From Trichoplax sp. H2 (lineage: Eukaryota), in contig NOWV01000311.1 in NCBI GenBank assembly GCA_003344405.1, positions 1 through 53,351 of the forward strand: 53,351 nucleotides of DNA, given 5' to 3'. Under the pieces are notes generated by a model. The model was not told the origin of the DNA. It saw only the letters and a program-made list of their open reading frames with translations, and ran no database searches. The stretch's first letter is position 1; each line of letters starts with the position of its first letter. The position numbers and the translations under genes were made by a program. Of this stretch, positions 1-13,485 are shown in pieces.

Positions 1-539
1 CTATGTTTCATACTTATGTTACGAACGAACTTTTATTTAAGAGCCGTAATAAAGTTATCATGAGATAGATTATCTAGAAATGTACTAATAATTAATTAAT
101 TTGTGCACGTATCAAAATTAAATACGCGTAAATTGATAGGCTTTCAATGAAGTTCGGGTTCACAATTTAGTCTGAATACTAGAGATATATAGCTTATAGT
201 GATCTCCTGACGATGGAAGATTGTTCGTATTTTGGCTTTTGCCTAGGCGAATACTCCGAGAGCAGGCCTAACAGTGAGCTTATTGTGATTAATTTCCTAC
301 TATACAGTATTTTAGATAGTTGCTAATTTTCTTCAATAATTAATATAATTAGTTATTGGATAATTAACTATTGAATACTATAGCGTTTTTAAAATAAATA
401 AAAATGCAACCGTAGGATCATCCTCAATCTTTACAATCGGTTGAAATACAAGCATTTTTACATCATATAAAGCAACTAATACTAATACTCAGTCATCGTT
501 TATAAATAGTGACCTAATCTTTGCAGATTCATTATATAT

Positions 540-799
540 TGTTACGATTAAGTAGCTGTAATATATACCGATCACGAAATTCAAAATTTTAGAAAAATAA
601 GGGCTTTATTGAATCTTATACAAAGATTAACTACACACAGCTCTACTCTGGCCGAATACTACTACTAAAGACTTCTAGAACGAACTAACAGAATAATCTA
701 AAGTTGCATGCTTTTATACTTTTCGTAGCATTCGCAGCTGCAATCCGCACGGCAACCTTTTAACTTATTTTACATATACTTAAATTATTCTTAGTAACA
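540..799 (-). mobile_element. Putative solo LTR (about 260 bp)
   Basis: Termini TGTTACGA...TAGTAACA form a 7/8 inverted repeat (TG...CA). Minus-strand TATAAAAG (718-711) lies upstream of AATAAA (610-605). Flanks ATAT/CTAT are an imperfect 4-bp target-site duplication. Confidence 0.6.
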
Positions 800-1262
800 C
801 TATTCTACTGCGGACCATCATTAATTTGATATCGATACGACTACAGTATTTATGTAGACATTATTTACACCAGCCAAAGTACAATGAATTAACCATATCC
901 TAATATATGATTTACAGTTCTATTTTTATCTATAACCTTATTAGTAACTCAACACCTTACTGTATATAGTCATCTGTACTCTAGCATAGAGTCTATACCA
1001 CTACAGTCTATAGTTACGGCTACCAAATATCTCTTAGGATAAATATAGAAGTTACGCACGCTACCGTATATTATACTAAACATGGCTAACAGTCTACAAT
1101 CACAATACTAAATTATATTACAGTAGCATATTCAATAGCTTTTATGAACTTATTATCAAATTATATCCTAAATGGGGTACGATAAACGATAGCTGGTCTG
1201 AAAATGGGTATTACTATCACGCTTCATTGCCTAGCCCCAGTTATTATTATTAATATATACTA

Positions 1263-1293
1263 CTAGTACAAACTCCCGTCGCTTTGCTGACGG
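1263..1293 (-). mobile_element. Helitron-like 3' terminus
   Basis: Minus strand reads CCGTC-agcaaagc-GACGG hairpin, then 9 nt, then CTAG followed by T. A near-identical copy starts at 27853. Confidence 0.5.
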
Positions 1294-1574
1294 TTTATCG
1301 ATAACAACCGCTATAAGAAAATGTAACAATCAAAATGGCTATGCAGAAAACTCTATAAAGATTCTATGTTTATTCAATTTTTCATCAGAGTATTACATCG
1401 AATCAAAATTTAAAGACCCAGTCGCCACCCTTAGCAATATAACGAATACTATTTTAATAATCAGTACTCTGCAGAAATGACTACCTTAGAGCTATTCGTT
1501 TTACATGAAGAAATGTTGAGGTAAAAAGTACTGTAAGAATCTTATACTGACCTATTGAAATAAACCCATAATCA

Positions 1575-1594
1575 NNNNNNNNNNNNNNNNNNNN
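1575..1594. other. Assembly gap
   Basis: Run of 20 N. Confidence 1.
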
Positions 1595-2304
1595 TGTAAC
1601 ATAAAGGGCTCCCACGCTAACAAGCATTTAAGAAGACTCCTAAATGAAGGATATTCGTTATAAGCTGTAAATAAATAATTATTTTTGATTAAATTAATGG
1701 ATAGCAGGTTTAGTAATTGGTATTGGACTCTTTTCTTTATCAGCGTGTGCTACGCATATTCTAAATTCATTAGTACGAAATGGATTATATACTTGACCTC
1801 CTTAATGTCAATCAATAAGCTAAGTGGATCGGTAGGTACAAGTGAAGTTTATTGAAAGCCCGTTAGGCTTTTATAGTAGAGCTCCGTAAGATTACAGTAA
1901 TCGCGTAATACGTTAAGGTATCTGATAAGCGGTAACATACGCTGTAAAGCAGTATACAACATACACACATAATACAGTGGTAATACGGTCTAACACGTAA
2001 GATAAGCGTATAGTTTAATCTACATTAATCTACACTTAAGTCATTGCACATCTTCTAGCCGTCGTAAGTGCTAGTATCGTATTAAAATAAGCCAGTACCG
2101 TAAATTAATTGATATTTATAGTTGATATTCTGTAGAATCAGCTCTAAAAGGGCCTTTAGAATACAGTAGTAGTCGCAGAATATTATTCCAGCAGAAATTT
2201 CTTGTGTATATGGTATAAGTATACGCTACGTAGTATAATAATGCACTTGACAGTACAGACCAGGACTGTATTACTATTCTACTGTTTCTACAGGACTATA
2301 AAAT

Positions 2305-2465
2305 TATGATTTCTTGAAAAACATAATGATTGATATTAAGGATGAAGAGCAGATTTATTTGTAGATTGAAAATAAACGCACACAGGTAGAACATTAGAGA
2401 GACATACAGGAGGAGGCTACTACCTGGTAGAATAGAATATCGACGGATTTATATTATACTGTATA
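2305..2465 (+). repeat. Dispersed repeat fragment, copy 1
   Basis: Matches the reverse complement of about 15365-15545 (for example ttagagagacatac.ggaggaggctactacc and atgatttcttgaaa). Confidence 0.8.
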
Positions 2466-3484
2466 ATAATCGATACGAAGGCAGCTAGAATGTGCTCGAT
2501 TACTTACCACTGTACGCAGTAGATAGTACTTCTATACCGTGGTTACATGGGTATCCTATAGAGGTACTAGGAAAAATTCTCGAGTGGTACAGTATGACTG
2601 AAGTAGTCTATACAGTACTATACTATAGTATGACTCAAGCGACAGATAGAAAAGTTTTTGTTAGAGCAACCCAACTCGGCAAATCGAGAAGCACTCGAGC
2701 AGTTCTTGTTGCATAATTCTTCCTAGGATAAGCTTCACTGCTGTATTATTGAAAGATTCCTTGCAAGATTACTGTAAATTAAACAAGGTAAAGGTCAGGT
2801 TAGAAGGTATCATCCTTTCTTTTACGTTACTTTTGCCATATCAATTACAATCCGCTAAGATGAAATCATAACGACATACTTCTAGACGCGTGTTAACGCT
2901 CTTACTTGTACCATTCAGTTTTCCATTTCATGTTATTAACTGTAAACTAATACACTATCAAGGGTATCTACTGTACTGTAAGTATCAAGAAATTGATGTA
3001 ATATTCCTTTGGATGCAATTGAGTCAATTGTAAATTGGATCTGAACAATATCGATAAAATTAAATCGTGATTCAAGTTCTTTTGACATTTGCATTCAGTG
3101 TAGGTAGCGATATCGTCTTTTATTCTACATCCAAATCATATACTCTTGATTCGAGATGCTTGAAGATCTTGTAGTAAGCCTCTTTCCCTTTCCTGGGATT
3201 AAAAATAGAATTTTCATGGTAAGTCAAATGAATTAAAAGTAGAACGTTATCGTCAATATACGTTAAATGTCTATGTTAAGTATAAAATTATCATACAATA
3301 ATTTCAGTATAATGAAATGCATGTCACTCGCCAATCTCTGCTACTATCATACAGTACAGTACAGTCAGTTAGAGTCTATCTTATTAATGCCTTAATGGTA
3401 TTATGGAGAACGATAAAATTACGTCTTACTGCGATTCGAAAGCTATTTCCCGTGATCACAGTAGCGACTAGAGACGTGTTGGAA

Positions 3485-5107
3485 ATGGTAAAATGAATTG
3501 GATGCCGTTATTACTGTACTGTACTGTACAAGTTGACATTGCCTTAACGATACAAAACGTTTTTACACAAGAAATATCTTGTCTATGTCATGCTTTAATG
3601 ATAAATATGATACCATAATGATATCAACTGTAGACTAAAGATAATTTCCCACGACTATTCGTCCATTACATCAATTGAAAGTACTATTTAGATCATACTG
3701 CTATTTCCTGTACTATACCCTTACATAGGTGTATATGATATTCAAGATAAATTACTAGTAGTAAAGAGCAGCGACTTTATAAATAAATTTCTGTTTTGCG
3801 TCGTCTAAAAAAAGCTTATCCTTAGTATTTTCTAACTACGAAATCAAGATACCATTCGTAAAAAGTGTGTGCATATCTACAACTAAAATTAATAATCTAG
3901 TAAAATTATTTTAATGATGTAATCATGACATTTGCTCAATAAAAGGACTATGAAGGGCAGAAATTGGCTGAATTTGTCATGCAAGCAATCATATTAATCT
4001 TTGCGGTAAGTTTATCATTAACATAAGCTAAGCATTTCATAACGTTAGATTTGCAAGTTACCTAGATCAACCGTGGATAAAAGCATCAGTTTTCATACAT
4101 GCAATGTAAATATGTATGAAAAAAGTTGCGTATTTTGTAATATCGTATGAACTGCTATAATACTGTAACCTTCCTTGACATTAATGTGAAGTCGCTTTGC
4201 CCTAATGGAAAGTTTTATTGACAGTTTCACGTCAACAAAATCCTATAGGAATGTAATCTTATTAGAATGGATTAGATCATTTTGTAATACTAGCGAAAAG
4301 TCCTTGGTAGTGTTGTGTCTCATACATGCCGATTTAGGTGGATTGGCTATACAACTTTCATGTATTGCGATAATGAATCGTGAAACATTGATTACATCAG
4401 TTTACAGCATTCATCTCTTAATCTCATACTGTACTTTTATACATGCCTCCAATAATTTGGCTTTCTTTGGATTGCTGTCTTGTTTTACTGAAATCCTGTG
4501 CAATCGCATTTTGTATAAGCTATTACTGCTAATATAATTAACAAGATTATGACCATGTACACGTATCGAATAGGGCATCGGACTCCTTTTTGGTTACTAC
4601 TATGATACCTTTCGTGTAACCATGATGGTTTATGGCGCTGGAGTTGCACTTGCTACAATTGTGAGTTTTAGAATTCAATTTGCTAATTTTTACGTATTAA
4701 GATTGAGTAAGCGCATTGTTACTAAAATTATGCGTGATACAAGTAGATGAATCATTCAGCGTACCGTATTCTCATAATTTATAATCGAATATATTCGTCC
4801 ACTAATGAGTACGGATTGCACGTTCATATGTTTGAATATCTAGTGATGATAACAGATGCTATTTCAAGATCGTAGAACATCATGCGTTATATTTATTAAT
4901 GATGTTAAAGATAATAGACGAGAGAGTACGTGTATATACAAATTTGATAGACACTCATATAATTTTATACGTCTTCTTTGAATAAAGGTTACGGTGCCGC
5001 CATGGCCTATTTATCGATCTCATCCGTTACGCTGGCAAACACCTAAGGTATCTACAGATATTAAATCACCGAAAGAGAAAAAAAGCAAATCCAAAGGAAG
5101 AAAATAG
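3485..5107 (+). CDS. SPCS1: Signal peptidase complex subunit 1 (SPC12)
   Basis: Exons 3485-3487 (ATG only, inferred), 3946-4005, 4574-4660, 4988-5107, all with GT-AG introns. Product M-DYEGQKLAEFVMQAIILIFA-GIGLLFGYYYDTFRVTMMVYGAGVALATI-VTVPPWPIYRSHPLRW...KSKGRK* carries the SPC12 DY.GQKLAE and PPWPIYR motifs. Confidence 0.9.
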
Positions 5108-6624
5108 CATCTCATCTATAACATAAAAAAAGTTGTTCTGTAACGGTGTTTATCCATTGTAATAAGAGATTTTGAATAAAGCTGTAACATGATTCGAAGA
5201 CGAATAAAACTGAATGTTTGGAAAAGCGAAACGACAACAATATCTCATAAAATAATCGAAATAATCTTACGTTTTAGATTTACTATAGTTTTTTTCTTGT
5301 AAACCTATGTAATTGCTTGAATGACGTTACGCGTTGCAGCAAGTAATTTTGAAAAATTCTTACTTTTCATTATTGTCAATTTAGTGCATTACTGGTACGA
5401 GCAAATATTATAAAGCATGCGCTAAATTATAGAGGCAAGGATAATACAATGATCACAAGATCAAGTTTTTTTATTATCTTTATTTAGTAAATCTTCTACA
5501 CCAGTGGTTCCGGGTGACCCATCACACTGTACAAACTCATTACTTTATATCGCAGCAATTATGCACGTAGTCATGTCCATCCTTATTTCTAAGGAGTATA
5601 ATGAATATCTCACCATTGAACGGAACATCGTGTATTCGCTAGTTTCTATTTCTATGTAACATTTGATAACTTTATAAACCCTCGATGACTACCTCAGTTT
5701 GGTTGCAACGGCCATGCACCTAATATTATATTTTAATCAAGTTTCCTCAATTTTTTGATTTCTTAAAAACATTCCGTGGCTACAAAACTGATAATTTTTT
5801 CCACCAAATTAAGTTATTTTAGTACTCATTTTAGGATATTAGTGGTGCAAAAAATTAACATCCTGACCTGTAATATTTAAGTACATTGAGTGCTATTACC
5901 TTAGCTCAAAATTAAGGTCTAGTAAAACAACAGAGTAAGACCACTTTTAGGTATGACTCCGTATTATATAATTTCCATTAATGTGAAGCCTTAAAATAGG
6001 CAGTTCTTGGGCCTATAGTCTTATATCAGGCTCGTTCTACTCATCCACAGAAGTGATTTATTTTAGGGCAATTATAATCAACAATCAAACGCATGTAACG
6101 GATATTAGCTATTTGACTGAGTAATTCGATGTGCTATGATTCTTACAGTATAAATCTTGATTGATTTATTGTCGTGCTATAAACCGATTTCTGTAATGAA
6201 AGGTTACTTTATAAAAGCTAAATAAAATAATGATATTTTCATCGCAGAATCTACTGCAACGATAACTTAAAATTCTATCAATATATGTAGCTATGTGCTA
6301 TATAATCGTGATAAATGAAATTCTCAAAGCAATCTGCCATCAGATACAGAGGCATCAGTGCAACTGAGTGCTATAAAATGTAAATAATAATAAACTTAAA
6401 TGACAAATCGAAAGGTACATTAAGAGTGACTTTGTAACATATTGTACATAGCCACTAGTCTAGTGAAATCATAACTTATCATGAATGTATACGTGTACCG
6501 CCGCTATTACTAGCGGTTGTAAATCAAAGGGAAAGACAAACCATTATAATTATTATCGAAAGGACAGTCCATCCTGATATAGTTATTAATATATATGAAT
6601 ATCCAGCATTATAACGATGTAACG

Positions 6625-9600
6625 CTAATACACAGCTTTATCTGCCTCCAGAGAGAATAGCTGATCTAGCACCTTCCATAAATTGCCACCCTGAATAAAG
6701 TCATTGTCTACCATATTTACCAGTACGAAATTACGTACGACAGCAGTTATAACCTGACGAGATTTAGACTCTTCCGGGTAAAGGTTGGCCCACTGATTAG
6801 TCCACAACGCAAACGCTTCATCCTATGTGAACCGAATGCAGTAATTTTAGTACAGCAATACCATCTTGAATAGAAATGATAGCGGAAATATAAATTAAAA
6901 ATTGATGAGATAATACCTTCCAATAACTAAAACTGGTAGGATCAACTACTGTAGGTTGTAGGATTTCCCTTCCAGGAAATACTCCCCATGTTACTGCTAT
7001 AGGTTGATGATGATCGGAATTCGATACATTAATTGATTCCTATGTTTCATTAAAGTGATCAATAAACATGAATAACGTAAACATATCATACTAGTGTTGT
7101 AGCCCAGCTAAGTCACTAACAATTTAAATTGAATTTATCTCTTACACTCAAGTCTAGAGCATGATAGTTTATCATCGGAAAGTTAGGAAGTACTTCTAAA
7201 AGGGTCTTAAATCTTTCAGCAGATATAAAAAATTCCAGGTACGCCTGCAAAAAATACAATAAGTTGAGTAACAGTAATTAGAACACACAGCTTAAGAAAC
7301 ATACGATGATAATGAAATACTGCCTCATTTTTATGGTCATGTTAAAATATTAAGAATCAGTAGGCACAATTGGTCAGGCGTATAGCAGACACTAAGCTCT
7401 GCTATCGATGCACGATGAATTATAATCTTAATTCGTTCAAGAATTAGACGGCTATATTATTAATAATTATCAGGATAAGCTATCATTAATGTCATTAAAG
7501 TAGCAACCTTTTGATAAACGTAACCATTTGGGCCACCCCAACCGAATACTTCGTGGGTTGAAGGTAGAGCATTGACATTCGGCTGACTATTGATAGTCAA
7601 AATTCCTTTACTGTTAATGTATTCTAAACTCTTCTTAATAAATAAGGTCTCTAGAGCTAATGCATCATTACTCCAAGGGAGCGCGTCTACCTATATATAT
7701 ATACGGATGATAAAACAGTTACTTCGTAATAAGTTTACATAAATGTACTATTATAAAAGTATCGTTGATATGAATAAATAGCAAAGTATTAACTATTACA
7801 TGCTATAGCGCCAAAAAACCGCAAATTTACACGTACTAGGCAGGATAATTACCTTATAACCATACTTATTCCGTTCTCCTGAAACAAAGCATGTAAAAAT
7901 CTCGTAGACATCTTCTACAGATTCTAATTTTTCTCCCCACATTTTAAGTAATTCATCTTTCTTAGAGGTGTTCTAAAGCGGTGAAACAAATATTTTTTGA
8001 TTGTATGATACAAAATTGTCAGGAAACTAATATACTGGATGCCTATTTAAGAACACAAACCTTTAAATAAAAAATGTGATAATCCTTTAATTCGCCAAAC
8101 GCCGGACTTGCAGAACTGCCCCACCGACCATTGGGATATTCATCCCACATCATTGTGCGATGGACATAACTTTTCGGCCTTGATGCCCAGAATATCGGTC
8201 TAACGTCTTCCGAAATGCGCTTTCCATTAGCCGAAGGTCTCCACGGAAGACTTTTATAGATAGATTCTTCATGCCATAGACCAACACGCTTTAGCAATTT
8301 CACAACAGCTTCCTAAAACCAAAGTATTTTTATTTCGGCTTTAATTAATATGTAATAAACATTTTAAGCTCATTTGTTGTTATACCTCTCTATTTAAGGT
8401 ATAAACATGAATTCCGGGTACATCATCAGATGCTAGTAGTTTTTTACATAAATTAGTAGCTTCCACAATGCCAAATTTGCGAATAGCCTCATCATTATCC
8501 TTGATTGATTCTATAGTGTCGAGAATTCGTTGGGGTACTGGTAGCTTCGATAACTGTACCAAATGACGAAGTGAGTTGTACCCCTATGTACCCACGTGCA
8601 AGAAAAATTTCGTTATTATTTCAGCGGAGTAATCTCGATAAATAGTATTGTACCTATGATGCACTTAACAGTTTCTATATCACACCTGTATCGGTAAAAT
8701 ACCAGGAATAATTGGTGCAGTGATACCAGCATTTCGGCAATCGCGAAGAAATTTAAAATAGGTTTCGGCATCAAAAAATAACTGGGTGACAACGAAGTCG
8801 CCACCATTATCGAGTTTTTCCTTTAATCGTCGAATGTCGTCCTCATATGAGGAACATTCCGGATGGCCATCTGGATATCCTAACATTTAAAATACAAAGT
8901 TACAAATTTTAACTCGGATTGGCAGTTATAATTACTTTAATATTGATGCATCAATCTACTGTACGTCAAAAATAAGTGAATTCCTAAAAGCTTAAATGTT
9001 TGTTACGTAATATGTACAGTGCAGTATATTATGCAATAACTGAGTGGCACAGAAAACGTTTTACGGTTGATTAAGAACCTGCTTATAATTGATCATAGAT
9101 CGTGACCAACAATTAATTTGGTGATCGACTGATCGCATATTTCAAGTTAGGTATAAAATCAGCGATCTTGTTATTTATTTACGTAAACAAAATTAAATAG
9201 CTACATATAATACATGCAGTCAAGGTAATTTTAGCGGTGACTTTTACTTGAATTAAATCATTTATAACGATTTATAACATTCACAGGTAATTCGGATAAA
9301 TTTTTATATAATTTCCAAACAGTCAATTTTTACATATGTAACTAACCAGCAACTGCAATCCCAAAGTAATTTCCAAACTCTTTTCTAATATGCTTAACCA
9401 GATCAGAAGCATATTTTAATTCCTTTGTATGCCTGACCGATTCATCAATAGAATCGGATACATCTACATTTAGTTATAGCAATTCGTTTAATAATTTCGG
9501 TAAAAGTAAGCCACTGTACTTTTCCAAATTTCCAATTCACATTAATCAATGCAGTTTATCATAGATCGAGCTAGATCTTCTAACTTCAATTAACGTATTC

Positions 9601-10109
9601 TACATGCTACTTAAGAATTTAAATTTATAGAATAATTAACCTCCTCTCAATGCCAGTATATTTCGTAATCCTTGCTTTTTAGCCTTACGAAGGTATTTAT
9701 CGATATCCTCCGTAGTTGAATTAATACATGTCATGTGTAGCATGGAATCTAGTCCACAGAAATTTAGCGCTGCACTGGCTATAGTTAGCGAAGCAGTAAC
9801 TTCATCTCCACCGGAATTACCTTTTGGATGCCAAGTAACATCAATAAATAGTGGATTGCCGATAGCGAGCCTATCAAAGCGGGCAATAAGGTTCACGCCT
9901 CCGCTATCCGTTCGCGGCGGAAAAAATTCTAAGGAATAAAATTTATCTCCGGAGTTTATTCTTTTCCTAATTTTTTGAATAATATGAGCATCATCGTAGT
10001 TATCATCGACGATGCCATCAGTAATAACCGATTTTTTCGCTCCGTATTGGCAATCCATTGATTTGTATTCAGTACCGATGTACTTATCATTAACTTTTTC
10101 AGTGGTCAT
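6625..10109 (-). CDS. MTHFR: Methylenetetrahydrofolate reductase
   Basis: Ten in-frame GT-AG exons: 10109-9641, 9463-9347, 8879-8686, 8583-8386, 8312-8061, 7972-7853, 7690-7508, 7244-7146, 7039-6917, 6822-6625. Motifs [70 protein letters not shown]. Confidence 0.97.
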
Positions 10110-13100
10110 CTTCAAAGACACAACAGATAAATCTAAACGTGTAAATACGTTAAAACAATTAAAGCTGTAATACTTTTAGGTGATTCTCACTGACATTTAC
10201 ATCTGCAATATCATCTTACAGTCATAAGACGTTATAATAATAATATCTATAGCGTATTCAATATCAAACCAACGATAACCTATAATCTGCAGTAAAGATC
10301 ATAATCACTTTACAAGAATACGCGTAAATCGTAAATTGCTAGTTTACCGCACGATGCAGGTAACTTTACAGTAAATGTAAAGTAACGTAAATATTTTTAA
10401 GGTACTGTAGGCTACTGTATTGCTCTAACTCATGACATTCAACTATACTGTATGTTATTTGCACCCAACAATTACTGCACCATTAATCATTAATTGATCA
10501 AAATACTTAATAATTAAAAGTTGAAAGGCGGCGAAAATTAATGAGAACTGCATTCAATACGAATACTGTACGGTATCGAAGGACTACTAGCAGCAGTTCC
10601 ACCCCGTCCTTGCAGTATCGGTGTCGGTTTATCACGTAAGCTAGTATTACGCAGACTGATGAAAGTGTTTCTAGTTTCGAGGCATTACGAATTTACGAAC
10701 ACAGAAGTATAGTACTGTACTTTAGTTATAAATCCTTTAATCACTGGCTCAAATGTTCGTTCAAATTTTTTTATCTCGTTTTAATTAATTAGTTATACTG
10801 AAAATTCGCGGTCAAGTCAATGCAAGACCAGAAACTATTACTACAGCAACAGAATTTAAAATTTTGGAAATAATTTCAAACAAGTCGAGAATACTGGACC
10901 GTTAAATTAAAATAAAGTTAATGTTAATCTTACAATCCTTGGAGATCGTCGATAAAATGAACGCGTTGTCATCTACAGTTACAGCCACAGTTGTGTAGTG
11001 GAGCATAAACAGTTTTGAGTAATGATATTATTTTTGTCTGTTGTCCTGTAGCTCTACCCATAGTAGTACAGTACAGTACTATTATAGTAATACGCACATT
11101 AGCAAAGTACGGCTAAGACAAATAATAGTTTAGTTAATTCGTATTCCTTATTATTTATTCATTTATTGCAAACAATGTGTGCATGTCTACTATAAATTTA
11201 AGCGTTTAAGATAAAGAAAAAATTGATGACAGGGTGTATATATTGAACGGAAATAACTGACCTACCTGATGTAAGTCATAGACAAATTTTAAAGCTAACG
11301 TACTTAATTATAATAACAATAATGTTAGCAATCCGATGTGTATCTTAAGCAGGTTAGGAGTTGCATATAAACTACTTCTAGGTACACAAAAAAGTGTAAA
11401 TAAATAATAATGTAATCATTCGCCCTTTCTTTTCACATAATAAGGTCATGTTTGTAGAATCTGCGATTCGTACAGCGTGCTACTGTAGTAAATTGGCTCA
11501 TAGCTATTTGCTAGAAATCCATTTATGAAATGAAACCAACTTGATTGTGCTTGGTACTAGGTACCGACGACAGAACTAAATCAAGTCTTGCATACTGGAG
11601 ATATCTAGGTTTGCGATGAATTATAATCATAGGGTACTTTAGTATGTAAAAAAAATATAATAGTAACTCGGTCGCGATACATTTTGTACTGTACGTTCAG
11701 AATCAGCGGGATATGGCATAGAAATAATGTCGTACAAGTGCATCATTTGATTTTTTATGCCCGTAAGCTATTTGTGAATTCTTATTGATACCTTAAAAAA
11801 CTAGTACAGACTATTACGTTCATTGCGGCTACTATCTGCACACACTACGATGAGACGTATAATTAACCTTAATACTCGTATAATGTACGCATACTGTAAT
11901 TCATCAATGTAACGTTCCAAATGGCTGCAACGTTGGGTCTAGTCACCAATCTACTTTCTCTTTCTCAGAAACATGGTTTAACAGTTCTTGAAGATGATTT
12001 AGTATTCTTCACTAATATAGTTGCGTAACTGAACATATTTTGATTACTTACGTAGTCAATATTTACACCTACTGTAACGTTGAAATATTTTGCCTGCTCA
12101 AATTCAGGAATCGTCACGGTAATATCTGACTTGTACAGTTGATGCAGACTTCCAATCCGCTCAATACTTCATTTATTCGTTCGCTTATAGTATGTTTTAG
12201 GTACAAAATTTAAAAGAGTATATGATCCCAACTTAAAGGTCATTTCAATGTTTCACCTCCATGTTGTTTTTATAGCAAAGCAGATCAAGTTAATTTGACA
12301 AAGCTTCTGCAAAACATTGTAGTAGAATCGTAACATCTACCACCAATTCACAGGAGAGTTAGGCACAGTTCACTAGAATCTTCATTGGAGAGCGTAGTAA
12401 CTCTGACGTATTTTATTTGCAAATTATTTGTGATGATGCTGAAAGGGTTGCATAAATCACACGTTTTATATATATAATTAGCTTAACTTGCACACCATGC
12501 CGCATGAATGAGACTTTTTATACTATGGTATATTATGTGTAATTCATAAGCGATGACTTACGATGACTTATGCAGAAACAGACAGCTACCTCACTCACAT
12601 GACACTAGAGTATTTGAAAAAATGCACATGTAATAATTGAATTTAGGACGAGTAATACGATTACAGTGCAGTACTGCTAAAGAGTAGCGAATGAATAAAC
12701 TTATTGGTACTGTATTGACGTACGCTATGTCTCATTGTGAATTTTAAAAATTATAGTTGAATAACCGAAGTCAGTCAGTGAATGATTCCGTGGATGAAAA
12801 ATATAGCATGTAAATTCTTTACTCTATGACAGAAAATATCCATACATGCGAGTAAAATCGATTGTGTCAATTCAAAGAAAAATTTTCATTGAAGCAGAGG
12901 ATCATTGGATGAAAATTTTCCTCTACAATTTCAATGTAATCGACTCTCAAATTCTAGTTATCTATACAACATTTTTACAAATGGATACATGTAGCGTACT
13001 CACGAGAATTTAAAATGGCTTCCTGGCAATAGAATATACAGCACAAGACTCTTCAATCTGAATTCAATTCAAAGCACCGTCCTACTAATTTTTTGCGCTT

Positions 13101-13119
13101 GCAAGCAAGGACTTCTGGC

Positions 13120-13485
13120 TATACAGTACTATACAGTATAATCTACGGAAAGTCGTAGTTGCTGCCTGTTTCCTGTAAAATAGTAGAATGCAAAGCAAAT
13201 GAATGTAAAGTGGCTATGGTAGGGATATATATATACAGTAGTACTGTACAGTATGGTACTGAATGTTACGGTGTACAGTACAGTACAGAATATTAAATGT
13301 ACTGTACAGTACACTGTACTCAGTGTACTGTACTGTACCCCTGTACCAGTTGTCCGGTACCGTACAGTGATACAGTGCTGATGGAGAGCCGAAAGCGCAT
13401 GTCAAGAACGAAGAATCCCTCATGCTCATGTGATCAACAAATATGAATGTAATGTACAGTACAATACAGTATACTGTACTGTATC
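13120..13485. repeat. (TACAG/CTGTA)n pentamer cluster, likely MTHFR promoter region
   Basis: Dense mixed-orientation tacag/ctgta units. An acceptor-like site lies just upstream of the MTHFR ATG (CT at 10133-10134 on the plus strand), implying 5'UTR intron(s). The promoter assignment is inferred. Confidence 0.7.

Noticed and set aside
1595..1900. Possible further LTR starting TGTAAC right after the gap, with minus-strand TATA and AATAAA
   Set aside because: The left flank is lost in the gap and no matching right terminus or TSD could be defined.
3120..3192. Minus-strand exon-like segment (KGKEAYYKIFKHLESRVYDLDVE*)
   Set aside because: No partner exons or homology recognised.
4205..4537. 110-aa ORF
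   Set aside because: It lies inside SPCS1 intron 2 and has no recognisable motifs.
5500..5950. Possible hAT-like MITE (CAGTGGTTCC start, weak internal inverted repeats)
   Set aside because: No convincing second TIR or TSD.
9733..9939. Plus-strand ORF (also 36707-36919, 41938-42273, 29082-29264, 46867-47064)
   Set aside because: Antisense shadows of real exons.
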